A stretch of DNA of 64,000 nt, from the NCBI GenBank assembly GCA_030324005.1, contig JARDVH010000031.1:6562388-6626387 (forward strand), read 5' to 3'. Both the position numbers and the translations under genes were made by a program. This DNA is from Negaprion brevirostris. Taxonomy: Eukaryota. The notes under the pieces were generated by a model that saw only the letters and a program-made list of their open reading frames with translations, had not been told where the DNA came from and did no database searches. Shown here piece after piece: positions 40,775 to 53,930 of the stretch. Position 1 is the first letter of the stretch, and every line of letters begins with the position of its first letter.

Positions 40775-41331
40775 ACTAATAACTGATAATGTCAGTACAA
40801 TACTGAGGGTATGCTACAGTGAGTGAGGTTGGATCCTAATAATTCACATGGCATTCAGATATGAAGGAGTTATTGGCCAGCTGTCACAATATCTGCGTTT
40901 CCCTGAGCCTAAAAAATTGATGTAAGCAAGATCTTCCCCACTCTTGCTTTTTTACACAATTTACAATACATCGGCTTGTTTCCCAGTCGAGGGCACATCT
41001 TTATGGAATCATTTGTTTGCTGTGCCTCAGTTTCAGTTCCTTCCCATCCCCTAAATTTGCTTGTTTCAATATTTCAAAATTATAGTTTGAATTGTTAAAA
41101 TAGGCATAAGGCTTCCATCTAGTGGCTGTGTTTAGTGCAACCTTCACAGATTCTTTAAAATAAAGGCAAGAAAAATGAGCTTGGGTGCACAAAGTGTTGA
41201 CTCTTTTTGCTGTGGTTTCTCCAGGTCCTGCACTATTTAACAGTCTATCTCAGTGACACCTTGTATTGAGTCTGCTTTGATAAAAATGAAATTTCCAGTG
41301 TTTGACAGATTATTCCACGTTTTCCATACAG

Positions 41332-41440
41332 AACAGAAGCTGTGGAAAAGCTGATGACTGTTCGATTGGACAGAGAGAATATTGACGCCCTTGGAAATTT
41401 TGAGTGCTTGGGAAATGTCTACAGTCTTTACCTTCAGCAG
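41332..41440 (+). CDS. LRRC46: LRRC46-like exon (equivalent to exon 3), antisense within TMEM41A intron 3
   Basis: ccatacag acceptor and CAG|gtactt donor; 109 nt encoding TEAVEKLMTVRLDRENIDALGNFECLGNVYSLYLQQ, resembling recalled LRRC46 LQTVRLDREGITTIRNLEGLQNLHSLYLQG; phase matches the upstream exon. Confidence 0.8.
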
Positions 41441-42349
41441 GTACTTTTACTTTTACCTATGTCCCACAGACATGGGCTTAGGCGAGATCAGGCTTGGAGA
41501 AGGGAGCTGCAGATTAGAACCTTCTGGCGCAGGAGTTTGGGACATGGCANNNNNNNNNNNNNNNNNNNNNNNNNNNNNNNNNNNNNNNNNNNNNNNNNNN
41601 NNNNNNNNNNNNNNNNNNNNNNNNNNNNNNNNNNNNNNNNNNNNNNNNNAGCAACCAGGATTGGCTTAGGGGATAGGCGGGGGGGGGAATCAGTTGGCTG
41701 GGGATTGCAGTGGATGGGTCAGGGCTGGGCCCGGGAATGGTTGGAGTCCAACAGGCGGGGAGGGGCGGCGCGCTGATTTCTGACTCTCCAGTGGGGATAC
41801 TCCCCAGCCTCTGATATTTAATGATATTCATGCAGGTGGCCTCTGCAATGCACAGATAGTGGGAGACTCTTCTCTGATCTCCCACTGAAAAAAACAGCAA
41901 GAGTTACTCCAGTTTTCATGTGAATTTGACATGAATTTTTTTGGGAGAATTCCACACCTAGTCTTTAACTACCGCCTGAGCAAAAAAACCCTGAAAATTA
42001 TGCTCTTCTGTTCTGGACCAAACAACATGGATTCTCCGTAATAAACTATCAAATCCCTTTATTTTTGATTAGATCACACATCACTTTAAATTCAAAGATA
42101 CACAACTCAAATTTATGCAACCTCAATTTACATAGTACTTGTCCCAGTTAGAAAACACTGGAATCAAATCTCTTTCCAGGCATTTAGTACATACTAAGGG
42201 CTGATACTCAAGTACAGCAGGTGATGCTGTCTTTTGGAGGAGGGATTGATCCGAGGCCCTATTTGTCTGTCTGTAAAATATCCCATGACACATGGAAGTT
42301 CTTCTTGCCACATTTATCTCTCAATCAGCACAATTTAAACGGTCATTTA

Positions 42350-42691
<342 letters not shown>

Positions 42692-43451
42692 CTAAGTAAA
42701 GATAAATTAGGAATGAGTTGGTTGATTAGAGCCAAGGTACTAGCTCAGACACTACATCTGCCCTGAGCATCTCTGGGCTAAGGGGTGGGGTTCTACTGCA
42801 GGGTGTTCACGGGCATTGGGATTTGGATAGGGTCACTAATGCTCTGTTTGGTCACATTAAAGTTCAATGCTTGATGTCACATAAGAAAACTGCCAACTTG
42901 GTACCCAAAGATACAATAATAATTCAGAAAATGCCAACACTCCTAGGAGGGGAATCAATAGAATTTTGTAGCTCAGAACACGGCCATTTGGTCTGTGAAC
43001 ATACTGCATGGTTAGTCTGCCCTAGGACTCTGATTATTGCTATGAAGCACTTAAATTCCATTTACAAAGAAGGGCCTTTTAACTTTTAAACAGTTTACAA
43101 TGGTGTGCCAGCTCTTCATCATACGGCAGAGGCCAATGGCACAGGTGCATTTAAGGGGGAAGTAAATGAGGGAAAAAGGAAAGCAAGGCCAGACTGAAAG
43201 GGTCGGAAGAGGCTCACATCCAGCACAAACACTGGCATCGCCAGTTGGGCCAAATGACCTGTTTCCTGTGCTATGAATACTTTGTAATTTAACTAGTGTT
43301 GTCTTTGTTTTATTTCTGGAACAGTAACAGCCTCTGCCTCTAACCATTCCTTAATGAAAATATTCCTTTTTTTGCATTGCCAAAATGCTTCATGGAAGTT
43401 ATTCTTATTTACACATTTTAAAAAAGCAACACCCAGCTGCCCAGGTCATTA

Positions 43452-43667
<216 letters not shown>

Positions 43668-44449
43668 CTACAGTTGAATCAGATTCACGTATAATAGATA
43701 TGTAAACACATCCACGCAAATCCTCATTCAACTAAGGGAACTGTACAATTTTCTACAAATTTGTTTGAACAAAGAGGAGGCATAAAAATTCATACTACAG
43801 AAAATCAAGGTTGTAAACAAGTAAATTAATTAGGGATCAATTGACAACAAACTCTGAGCATTGCTGCTTATGAAGTGAAAAGTGTCACAGTTCTGAAATC
43901 TTGGGAAAGACTGGCTTTCCTAGCCGACACCAATGTCAATAACGGCATATATTCATAGCAACAAATGTACAGCAATGGCTTTACAAGGAAGGTTTAGCCA
44001 GAGGTTTTCCCTGGGTATTTAAAAATGCTGCAGATGAGGTATCATTCCAATTTATTTGGAACTCAAACATTTTTTGACAAAGTTTCTCTCAAAAGATTTA
44101 AACTAAAACCAATATGAATCAAATATAAATAGTGTTTAAGAGAAGGAATGAAATGTTAACCTAAGCTCCCTAAACCTAACAATCCCTAAAGATTGTTAAC
44201 CTAAAGATCCCACGGCATTAGGAAGTTCTCTGTACTGGTAAAATATTCATCCCTTAACCAACATTGCCAAAACAAATCAATTGATTATTTAGGTAGTTTG
44301 AGGGCCTCGCTGTGTAAAAGCTGGTTGTTGACTTTGCTTTCTAACAATAGTGACTACACTTTAAAAATAAAAATAATTCAACGTCTGCAAAGTACTTTGG
44401 AAGGTATGGAAAGAGTGCAGAGTGCTGTATAAATGCAACTTTGCTCTGT

Positions 44450-45740
44450 GTTCATAAGTCAATGGAATAAAGTGGACAGTGGGAACATGGATATGAAGTT
44501 GTTTGTGTGACAGGAAAGAGAGTAGGTAAGTGTTTCCCAGACTGGTGGAAGGTATATAGTGTGGTTGCCAGGGATCAGTATTAGAGCCAATGCATTTCTT
44601 CAACTATATTAATGGCCTAAACTTTACTGTACATGGTGCAGTTTCAAAATTTAAGAATGATATAATATGTGTAAGTATTTTCAACTGAGAGAAAAAATAG
44701 TTTCAAGAGGACACAAATTGGTGAAATGGTGTGCGCGCGTGGGGCGGGGGCACGAAATGAAATTTAATAGTGAAGCCTGAAGTGATACATTTTGTTACAA
44801 AGAATAAGGACTGATAATATTAAATAAAGGGTACAATTCTAAACAGACTTTATAAATAGAGGCATTGAGCACAAAAGCAAGGTGATAGTTCAGCTTCAAC
44901 TGGAGCACTGCATCCAGTTCTGGGCAATATATTTTAGGGAGGATGTGGAGGCATTAGACAGGTATACAAAAGATTCACAAAAATGCTTCCATGGATGAGG
45001 GAGTTCAGTCACATAGGGGCAGCATGGTGGCTAGCACTGCTGCCCCACAGCACCAGGGACCTGGGTTCAATTCATGGCTTGGGTCACTGTCTGCGTGGAG
45101 TTTGCATGTTCTCCCTGTGTCTGTGTGGGTTTCCTCTGGGTGCTCCAGTTTGTGCTGATAGTCCAGAGATGTGGGGGTTAGGTGGATTGACCATGTTAAA
45201 TTGCCCCTTAGTGTTCCCAAACAGGCGCCAGACTGTGGTGACTAGGGGATTTTCACAGTAACTTCATCGCAGTGTTAATGTAAGCCTATTTGTGACTAAT
45301 AAATAAACTTTACTTTACTGGGGAGATCACAAATTCTGTGGTTGCTCTCTTTAAAGAGAAGGTGGGGGAGGAGATCTGATAGAGATGTTCAAAATCATGA
45401 GAGGTCTAGACTGAATAATTAGAGAGAAACTGCTCCCATTGATGGATGGGTCAAGAATCAGCAGACACCAATTTAAAGTGAATAACAAAAGAATTGGAGG
45501 CATCGAGAGAGCATTTATTTTTTATATTGGGCAAGTGATTGGGATCTGAAATTCAATGCCTAACAGTGAGACAAAAGTAGATTCAATCTTGGCTTTCAAA
45601 AGGGAATTGGATTACTTGAAGAGATAAATGTTGCACAGCCAGGAAGGAAAGGCAGGAGACGGAAATAATTGAGTTGCTCTGGCAGGAAATCAACATGGAC
45701 AGATGGTCAAAATGGCTTCCCTGTTTTGTATCCATTCTAA
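44450..45740 (+). mobile_element. CR1 fragment interrupted by a V-SINE (45016-45320, second tail type)
   Basis: CR1 motifs (LQLEHCIQFW, DLIEMFKIMRGL) flank a full SINE ending gtaagcctatttgtgactaataaataaact. Confidence 0.8.
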
Positions 45741-48700
45741 GGGGTAATCTTGAGCCAGGGTGGAGATAAGGGAATAGGACATGTTTAATGCAGCCACACA
45801 GCAGTGTGATATGGATACAAAAAGCTCATCAATTACCATTTTTCTGCAATAACAGCACTAGAAGTACTCAGCTGGTCTAGCAGCAAGGAACAGAGTTAAC
45901 ACTGAATTGAAAATAACTCTTCAGTGTTACATTGTGTAGCGCGGATCATGTGAATGCAGCCAATATTTGGAAAGAATTTATAACGTGAGCTCACTATCAG
46001 ATTCTAGCCTATTGAAAGTTCAGATTTCATTGAATCACAGGAATTGTAATATTCTTTCAACATCAGTATTAACTGCTCCCTGGAGCTGAAGTTATGCCAT
46101 TCTGATCTATTTCTCTGCTCTTACCTTACTTTAAAACTAGTCTTCAGTTCAAGATTAGGAGCTTCAATTGACCGCTGTGCTAACTTATTTCTAACACCCC
46201 ACTTTGGATTTTCAATGGTAACAGTCGCTCTTGGGAGAGGAAACTAAAGGCCAACGGTACAGTACATGGTCATTAAGAAATCCCAAAGAAAATCCACTTT
46301 CCAGTCAATTTTACTGCTTGGCTCGGGAACCTTCTTAACTTGCTTTAACAAGAGGAACAAGTGAAGGTTACTGTCTTCCTCCACCAGCAATAAGGACATC
46401 CCACCTCAACAATAAAGATCTATCTTCGGTGAAACATGAACTACTCGTAAAAGAACCCTGCAACAGGAATCCAACAAGAAACCTACAAGAAATCTCATGG
46501 ACCACTCTAGCCACCAAACAAATTGTGGCTGCGGCTATCCAAGTCAGATCACCCCCCACATACTGAACTCTTACCCTGAAAGATCCATTCCACGCTGCAT
46601 CAGATAAACCTGTTGAATAAGTTATTAACCTCGAAAACGAACTAGATCTGCTGCCCCAGCCGTACAAAATATATAACAGATTAAATAGAGAATGCCAAAG
46701 AAACCCATTTGGGAGTGGGGAGAATGTGGTACTCACTGTCACAGGGAGTGCTTGATGAAAATGGAATAGATCTACTAAAAGGGGAATCTAGGTCAGCATA
46801 CAGCAGAGAAGAGGATTAAGGGAACTAGAGTTAAACAAGAATGGGAAAAGGTTGAGTTCAGCATTGACATCAGCATGAGCTGGCTGGGCCAAGTGGCCTG
46901 TTTCTGGCTTTTGCTATTACATACAATCCCACATTACCCATTTGCCAAACAGCAGAAACAGTCTTTCAACTTTCATTTCTCCAACTGTTCCTCAACCACC
47001 CTGGCTTCGTGGACAAAACAGTTTTACAATGCCTGTAATTATCACCTCTCGTTTCTAGTATCATTGCACATATCCAAGATTTATTATTTCCACATTATCA
47101 AATATTGGACATAATATTCCACACAATTCCAGTGAGTGCATGTACAGCCAAATAAACACATTACTGATACATATTCAAATCTTTACTTTCTTTCCTTTCA
47201 TAGTCAATGTCCATATGTATAACACCTCAAATTCTACTTTTCCTTAATTTTTTTACAGATCTGTGTGTCTATATATTTATATCTCTCATCTCATCCTCTA
47301 ACTCAGGTTATAGTACTAATCCTGGAACTTATTTCCCAAAAGGCACTTCTTTTTAATGTACTGTGATCTGCATTTGCCTATCTAATCCCTAAATTAACTA
47401 CATCATTCCCCTCAATTTGCTACACCTCCTAATTTTGATTAGCCAACAAATTGATGATCCTAATCTATTTACCAACACAGCTGGAAAGAGACAAATTATC
47501 TAGAACAGGGCAAATGCTATATCTAATACAAAAGATAAAAAAACTTGCATTTATTTTGTACCTTTAACATCCCCAGGCACTTAAGAGCATTATCATCGAA
47601 CATTTCTTCAAACACTAGGCCACAGGGGCAGGTATCAGAAGCATATATAGATCAGAAGTAGATTTTAAAGGAGCACCTCAAAGAGGTAGAGGGGGAATTC
47701 CAGTACATAGGGTCAAGACTACAGAAGCATGGGTGCCAGTGAGCAATGATTAAAATCTGAAATGCGTAAAGTTCAGAATCAGTGGAGTGCAGATAAATAT
47801 CGCATGGCTTGTAAGGCTGGAGACAGTTACAAGTAGGGCTGAGAACATTGAGAGATTTGAAAACAAAGATGAGAATTTTAAAATTGATGCAGATCAGGAA
47901 TAAGCATTTTTTTTTAAAATTTGTTCATGGTGTTTCAGGCTAGTCCAGCATTTACTGCACATCCTAATTAATTGCGCTTGAGGTGGTGATGAACACCTTC
48001 TTGCACTGCCAAAGTCCACATATTATATGAACACCCACATGCTGTTAAAAAGCAAATACCAGGATTTAGGCTAGACCATTTATAAGGTGTCATTTCTTCA
48101 CTCACACAGTGATGAGCCTGTGTAATTCATTACCTCAGGAACACAACGTATTCAAGGGGCAGCTGAATATAGCACTTGAAGCAATTGAGATCAAAGTTTA
48201 TGGGGAGAAAGCAGGATTAGATTATTGAGTTGGATGATTAGCCATGATCGTGATGAATGGTGCAGCAGGCTTGAAGGGCCAAATGGCCTCCTCCTGCTCC
48301 TATGTTTACTGAGTGTATATCAGCAACCCCAAGCAATATTCAGTGAAGACTTGGTGCAGGTTAAGACAGAAGGAGCAGGCTTTTAGATGAGGACACATTT
48401 ATGTTGGGTGCATTGAAATAATAAAGTCTAGAGACAAAGTCATGGATAAAGGTTTCAGCAGGAGTCAAGCTGAGGCAGGGACAGAGTTGGGTGATGTTAT
48501 AGACACAGAAACAGCAATCTTAGTGATGGAGCTAAGTTGCTGCAAGCTAATTAGATCAACAATGAGAAACACTTAGAGAAAAAGACTCGACTACTCCACT
48601 GCACTTCTGGCCAGCCTTCCATCTTCCACCCATCATAAGAAAGAATATAAAGAGATTAGGAGAGAAGTCAAATTAAGACAGCAAAGAGGAACTATGAAAT

Positions 48701-49177
48701 TACTTTGTCAAGGAACATGAAACAAAATAGTAAACTATTTCATAAACACAAAAAAGGAGGGCTGTGATGGGAATACAGCCATTAAGGACTTGACTGGGTG
48801 ATACCACAGGAGATTGCTGCTCACCCAGTTTTGGACGTTGGATAAAACAGTGTGACAAAACAGTGTGTCTAATCAGAGACAGAAGAAGTCAACAGAGGCT
48901 GTTATGAGATAGAGCTAGATGTTGCAAATATACATGTGGAACCTTTGAGTTGTTGGATGATGTCTCCATAGATGAGAAACAGGAGGCGATTAAAGATTGA
49001 TCCTTGGAAACATCCATTTACTAAATCTTACTTTCTCCCTTCTCTCTCCTTAGCCATCTCTTTTTTTCATACTTTCAATGTTATCTTTAACACCTTGCAT
49101 ATATAGTATTGTAAGATGTCCCATAGGTCTTCACAGGAGCATTATCAAACAAAAAGCCAGATATAAAGATGTCAAGA

Positions 49178-49412
49178 TAAAGGCAAAATAGTGCAGAAGC
49201 TGGAATCTGAAACAAAAGCAGAAAATGCTGGAAAAACTCAGCAGGTCTGACAGTATCTGTGGAGAGGGAATAGAGCCAACATTTCAAATCAAGATGACCC
49301 TTCATCCGAGCTCCTGATCACTGATTCCTTTAAGCTCGTCCAAGGGCTTACCCTGATATGAAATGTTGGCTCTATTCTCTTGCCACAGATGCTGTCAGAG
49401 CTCCTGTGTTTT
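49178..49412. repeat. Palindromic interspersed repeat (probably Penelope-derived)
   Basis: Arms tctgacagtatctgtggagagggaatagagccaacatttca and tgaaatgttggctctattctcttgccacagatgctgtcaga. Confidence 0.55.
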
Positions 49413-50126
49413 TGCGTAAAATGTGACAGGTAATCAAAAGCTTGACTGAAGAATTAAGTTTTAAAGGAGAACTTTATTAAACGCTACTGCATTTGAAAAC
49501 TCCAGAATCAATGTGGGGGCCTCTCAGCCTTGATGCTTGTCTGATATTCTGCAATAGCTTGGTTTTGTCATCAGGAATTATACCTGCAGGATGCTGAAGC
49601 ATTTCACATTAGAATACAAGTCTACAGAATCTATCCTAAGAGTTTACATTGTACTAGCATAGCAATTAGCAGGGACATATAGGAAAAAACTCACCTAGCA
49701 ACTTTCACAACCTCCAGGCATCACAAAACACTTTACACACTTCTGAAATACTTGTTTGGCTGTAATGTTGAGATATTAGCAAGCATCTCAAGATTCTTTA
49801 AGAGGAGAAATGAAGACTGAGGGGTAATAGAGGAATTAGAAAACATAAATACTTAAACTCCAATAGCTGGGCAGATTAGTTCAGGGAAGAGCAAAAATTG
49901 AAGTTCTGCCACAGGCAATGGGGTGGGAAATCCACAGAAGATCAAATTAGTCCTGTCCAACTTCCCAATCACTTCTGTCCTACCTGATCACTGGTTCATT
50001 TCCCTGAAATGCATCTGAATTTAAAATCACCTATGTTTACAAAGCCCTTCCTGTACTCCCAAATTGCACATCATTACAATGCCTCACCAGAAAGAGGAAG
50101 GCAGGACTATTTTAACCTGCATTCAG

Positions 50127-50418
50127 CAGTACTGTACCCAACATTATAGCATAATAGGCCTGTGTAGCATTGGCTTCCATGATGACTGACCTGCATAGTA
50201 CTGGTCCCATGCTATATGGCGAAAGACCCAAGTATTGTACCTCAGTGCTACACAAAAATAAGGCCTGTCTCGTACCTCAGTGCTACATGACAAGACCTGT
50301 ATAGTAATGAACCCTAGTGCTATAATACAAGGTCTGTCTAGTACTAGATCCCAGTGCTATACAGTGACAAGACCTGCCCTGTACTGTACCCCAGTGCTAG
50401 ACAGTGACAGACCTGTAC
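50127..50418. repeat. Degenerate ~40-bp minisatellite
   Basis: About 7 imperfect units resembling agtactgtaccccagtgctatacagtgacagacctgt. Confidence 0.75.
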
Positions 50419-51589
50419 ATCAAAGTGCCCCTCAAGCCTGCATATCAACATTGTAATCATGTTTTGTTTTCCTGGCCATAATTTAAGTTTGGAAGGACAA
50501 AGTCTATAAAGTAATTTTCCAACTTGCACCTTTCAGTTCAAAGGGACAAAGTGTAAAGATATACACAATCATATTACTGAAGTGACAACATTGTTTATGG
50601 ACAAAGACCTGTATGAGGGAAGTACCTTGAGTTGTTTCTGATGACTTCACAGTGGAGGAGATGGAGGGCACAGAATTGCTGGAAAAGAAACTTCAGCTTC
50701 ATCAGCAATGTGAAATGAGAAGACAAGTATCTAACAAAGAGTCTTTATCAAAGACACTGAAATTCTCTCTTCTCAGATACTGATGGATCTATTTCTTCCC
50801 AGCATTTTTAAATTGTAATACAATTGTTGATTTTAAACAGTTTCAGCAGTGAGCTATAAGAAATGAGCATTTGCAGCCTTATCTCACCACTTGCTCCTAT
50901 TTTTTGAAGAGCAATATAATCCAACTGAATTGTGTTGAATGATCGGAAACATTGGAAAATGTGTACATAATGAGAAAAATCTGTTATCTTTCTAAGATGA
51001 AACTTCACAGCACATTGGAACCAGAGAACGTCAAGAGATTTTCAAGCTGGTGAGAGGTTTTGACAGAGTGGGAGACGTCTATTTCTTCTGGCAAAAGGGT
51101 CAATGCCCTGAGGTCATGGATTTAAAATCAGTATAAAACGAACCAGAAGGGGGACGAGGAAAATGTTTCTAAGGTTACAGCTGTTGAAAAAGCGCTGAAA
51201 GTAGTTTCCACAAGAAGTGAGTTGGACACGTACTTGCAGATAAGCAACTGAATAGAGTTATGGGTAAAAAGCAGGTGGGTGGTGGTGGTGGCGGAGGGGG
51301 GAGTGCTAAAGCAGGATTGTTCTTTCAAAGAGCCAGCACAGACAAGAAAGCTAAAAGGTCTCCTTTCTGTACTGTTAAGTTTACACGATGCTAAATCCCT
51401 TTCTTGTAACTTGTTAAAATCCCTGCCTTGGTGCCAGACAAACAGTGGATGGCGATCAATGTCACTCACATTTCACTGGGATAGAGAAAGATCCCGAAGT
51501 GCTACATTTCGTTATAAGAGGAAGGAGTCTCCTGGCTGATCCTTCACCCTCAAGATGGTTTATTTTAAAGCTGATGATGGGAACCTGCT

Positions 51590-52420
51590 GTGTGTAAAAC
51601 CGGCTGCCGCCTGTCCTACAGTGAGGACGTTTCACCGAGTGAAGCTGGAGCCTTCCCTCCAGCAGTCAGTGCCCTCACCACAACCTCTGCGAAACAGCGG
51701 CACCATACGAGCCCCAGCTGGAGCCTCCCGAAGCCGCGGCCTTTTACCTGGGCTCCTGCCTCTCCTCCTCGCTGCCGCCGCTCAAAGGCACCCGGCTGTG
51801 CGCTGCATGAGGCAGATTGCTGGACAGCACATATAGATAAACCGTGGCAGCGCCGAATATTACCAGCAAGCCAACCGGAGACTTGGTCGACATGAACCCG
51901 GGGAGCTCGGTGAATCCGGAGGCGGCGGACGAGCGACAGCTGCAGCGTCCTCAGCAGCTGAGGCAAGAACCGTGAATGGTGACGATCCGGGAGGCCGCCC
52001 GGCGCCCTGGACTGCGCGCGCAGCCCGCTCGTCACTTGACCCGGAGCGCGCAAGCGCCCGAGGACGTCACTGTAGCCCAGCTGTCATGGCAACCGGAACA
52101 GGCCAAGGCCATTGGGAGGGCGGAGCACGTGACCCCGTCATCCCGGTCCCCGCCGCCGCCTGGTCCCCGCCCCCCTCACCCCAGACGGCGCCCCCGCCCA
52201 CCCCAGGCCCCGCCCTCTCAGGCCCCGGCCCCCGGCCGTCCTAGCTCCCGCCCACTCTCAGACCCCGCCCCCACCATCCCAGACCCCGCCCCTGGCCGTC
52301 CCAGCTCCCGCCCGCCCTCTGGTCCCCTCCATCAGAGGCCCCGCCCCGCCATGGCAAGCCCCGCCCCATCCCGGTGCATCTTGGGGACGGATGCTGTCGA
52401 AGCAGCGGCTTAGTCAGGGT
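51590..52420. promoter_or_regulatory. CpG island / TMEM41A promoter
   Basis: The only strongly GC- and CpG-rich block in the window; overlaps exon 1; many CCCCGCCC GC boxes, CCAAT box (attgg at 52111), CACGTGAC at 52126-52133, X-box-like GCTGTCATGGCAAC at 52080-52093. Confidence 0.85.
51748..51893 (-). CDS. TMEM41A: TMEM41A exon 1 (coding part)
   Basis: ATG at 51893; MSTKSPVGLLVIFGAATVYLYVLSSNLPHAAHSRVPLSGGSEEERQEP(R) with a hydrophobic N-terminus; CAG|gtaaaa donor, phase 2 joins exon 2; all five exons total 825 nt (274 aa + stop). Confidence 0.92.
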
Positions 52421-52759
52421 GTTGTCATGGCCAACGTTGACACCTACCGTCCGTGAAATGCTAAAGTTTATTTATTAGTGTCACAAGTAGGTTTACATTA
52501 ACACTGCAAGGAAATTACTGTGAAAATTCCCTACGGGAATCAAACCCAGTCCCTGGTGCTGTGAAGTAGCAGCGCTAATCACTATGCTACCATGCTTGCC
52601 CTGTTACTACCCAGTTATGTCCATTCAACAAACAGAAGGACAAATAAACCCATTCCATCCAATCACTGCAAATCTAACAGCATCTGTGGAGAGAGAATAG
52701 AGTCAACCTTTCAAGTCTGGATCACCCAGGGTCAGAATTTTGTCAAATTCCTTTATCAA

Positions 52760-53930
52760 TCAAATTACTGTCCTATCACTCTAATCCCTGTCACCAGCAA
52801 ATTGATAGAAGGTATTGTCAGCAGTGCTCTTAATAATAAGGTACTTACTGAAGCATAATTTGCATTCTGCCAGGGCCTTTCGGCTCCAGATCTCACTCCA
52901 ATTTTAGTCTTAACGTGGACAAAAGAGATGAATTCCATTGGCAAGGTGAATATGACTGTACTCGACATCAAGGCAGCATTTGACCGAATGTGCCATCAAG
53001 TAGCCCTAGCAAAACTGGAATCAATAGGACTTAAGGGAGAAAACTCTTCAGTGTTGGAATCATACCTGGCACAAAGGAAAGCCCCGGGACATTGCTGCAC
53101 GAATTCTTCAGGGAGTGTCCTTGGTCCAGCCATCTTCATCAATGATCTTGCCTCCATCATAAGTTCAGCAATGTGGATGCTTGCTGATAATTACAGAATA
53201 TTCAGTACTCGTTGAGGTTGCTTAGATAATGAAGCAGTCTGTGCCCACATGCTGCAAGACTTGGACAATATTGATGCCTGAGCTGATAAATGACAAGTAA
53301 CATTTGTGCCATACAAATGGAAATGTCCATCTCTAGGCAGAGAGAATCCCATCATCTCCCTTTGAAATTCAATGGTATTACCAATGCTAAATTCCCCACT
53401 ATCAAAGTCGTGGATGTTAACAACGACAAGAAACATCCATAAAAACAGTGTGGCTAAAAGCAGGTTAGAGGCTGGGAATTCTACATTCTTCAAAGCCTGC
53501 CCAATATCTACAAGACACAATTCAAGAGCATTCTTTAATAATCTCCATGTGCCTGAATAAGTGCACTTCCAACAACACTCAAGAGGCTTGATACCATCCA
53601 AGACAAACCAACCCATTGGATCAACATTCCAACCAGCTTCTTAAATGTCACTCCATTTTCCACCAGTGTGTGTTGGGAGCAGTATATGACATCTATACAA
53701 TACACTGCATCAACTCACATGGGATCCTTCCTGTGACTTTCCACCTAGAAAGACAAGGATAGCAGATGCATGGTAACAACAGCTCTTTCAAGTTCCACTC
53801 CAAGTTATACACCACCCTGACCTGGAACTATATTGCTGCTCCTTCACAGTTGCTGGGTCAAAAACCTAGAACTCAGATCCTAACTGCACTGTAGGTGGCA
53901 CTTCCACAATCTGCAGCAGTTATACCAGTG
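52760..53930 (+). mobile_element. Non-LTR retrotransposon RT fragment (CR1/L2 group)
   Basis: YCPITLIPVTSKLIEG, VLDIKAAFDRMCH, GSVLGPAIFINDL and LAD motifs with frameshifts. Confidence 0.8.

Noticed and set aside
51555-52413. Several 90-145 aa ORFs on both strands around TMEM41A exon 1
   Set aside because: Pro/Ala/Arg-rich by-products of the stop-poor CpG island; no recognisable protein
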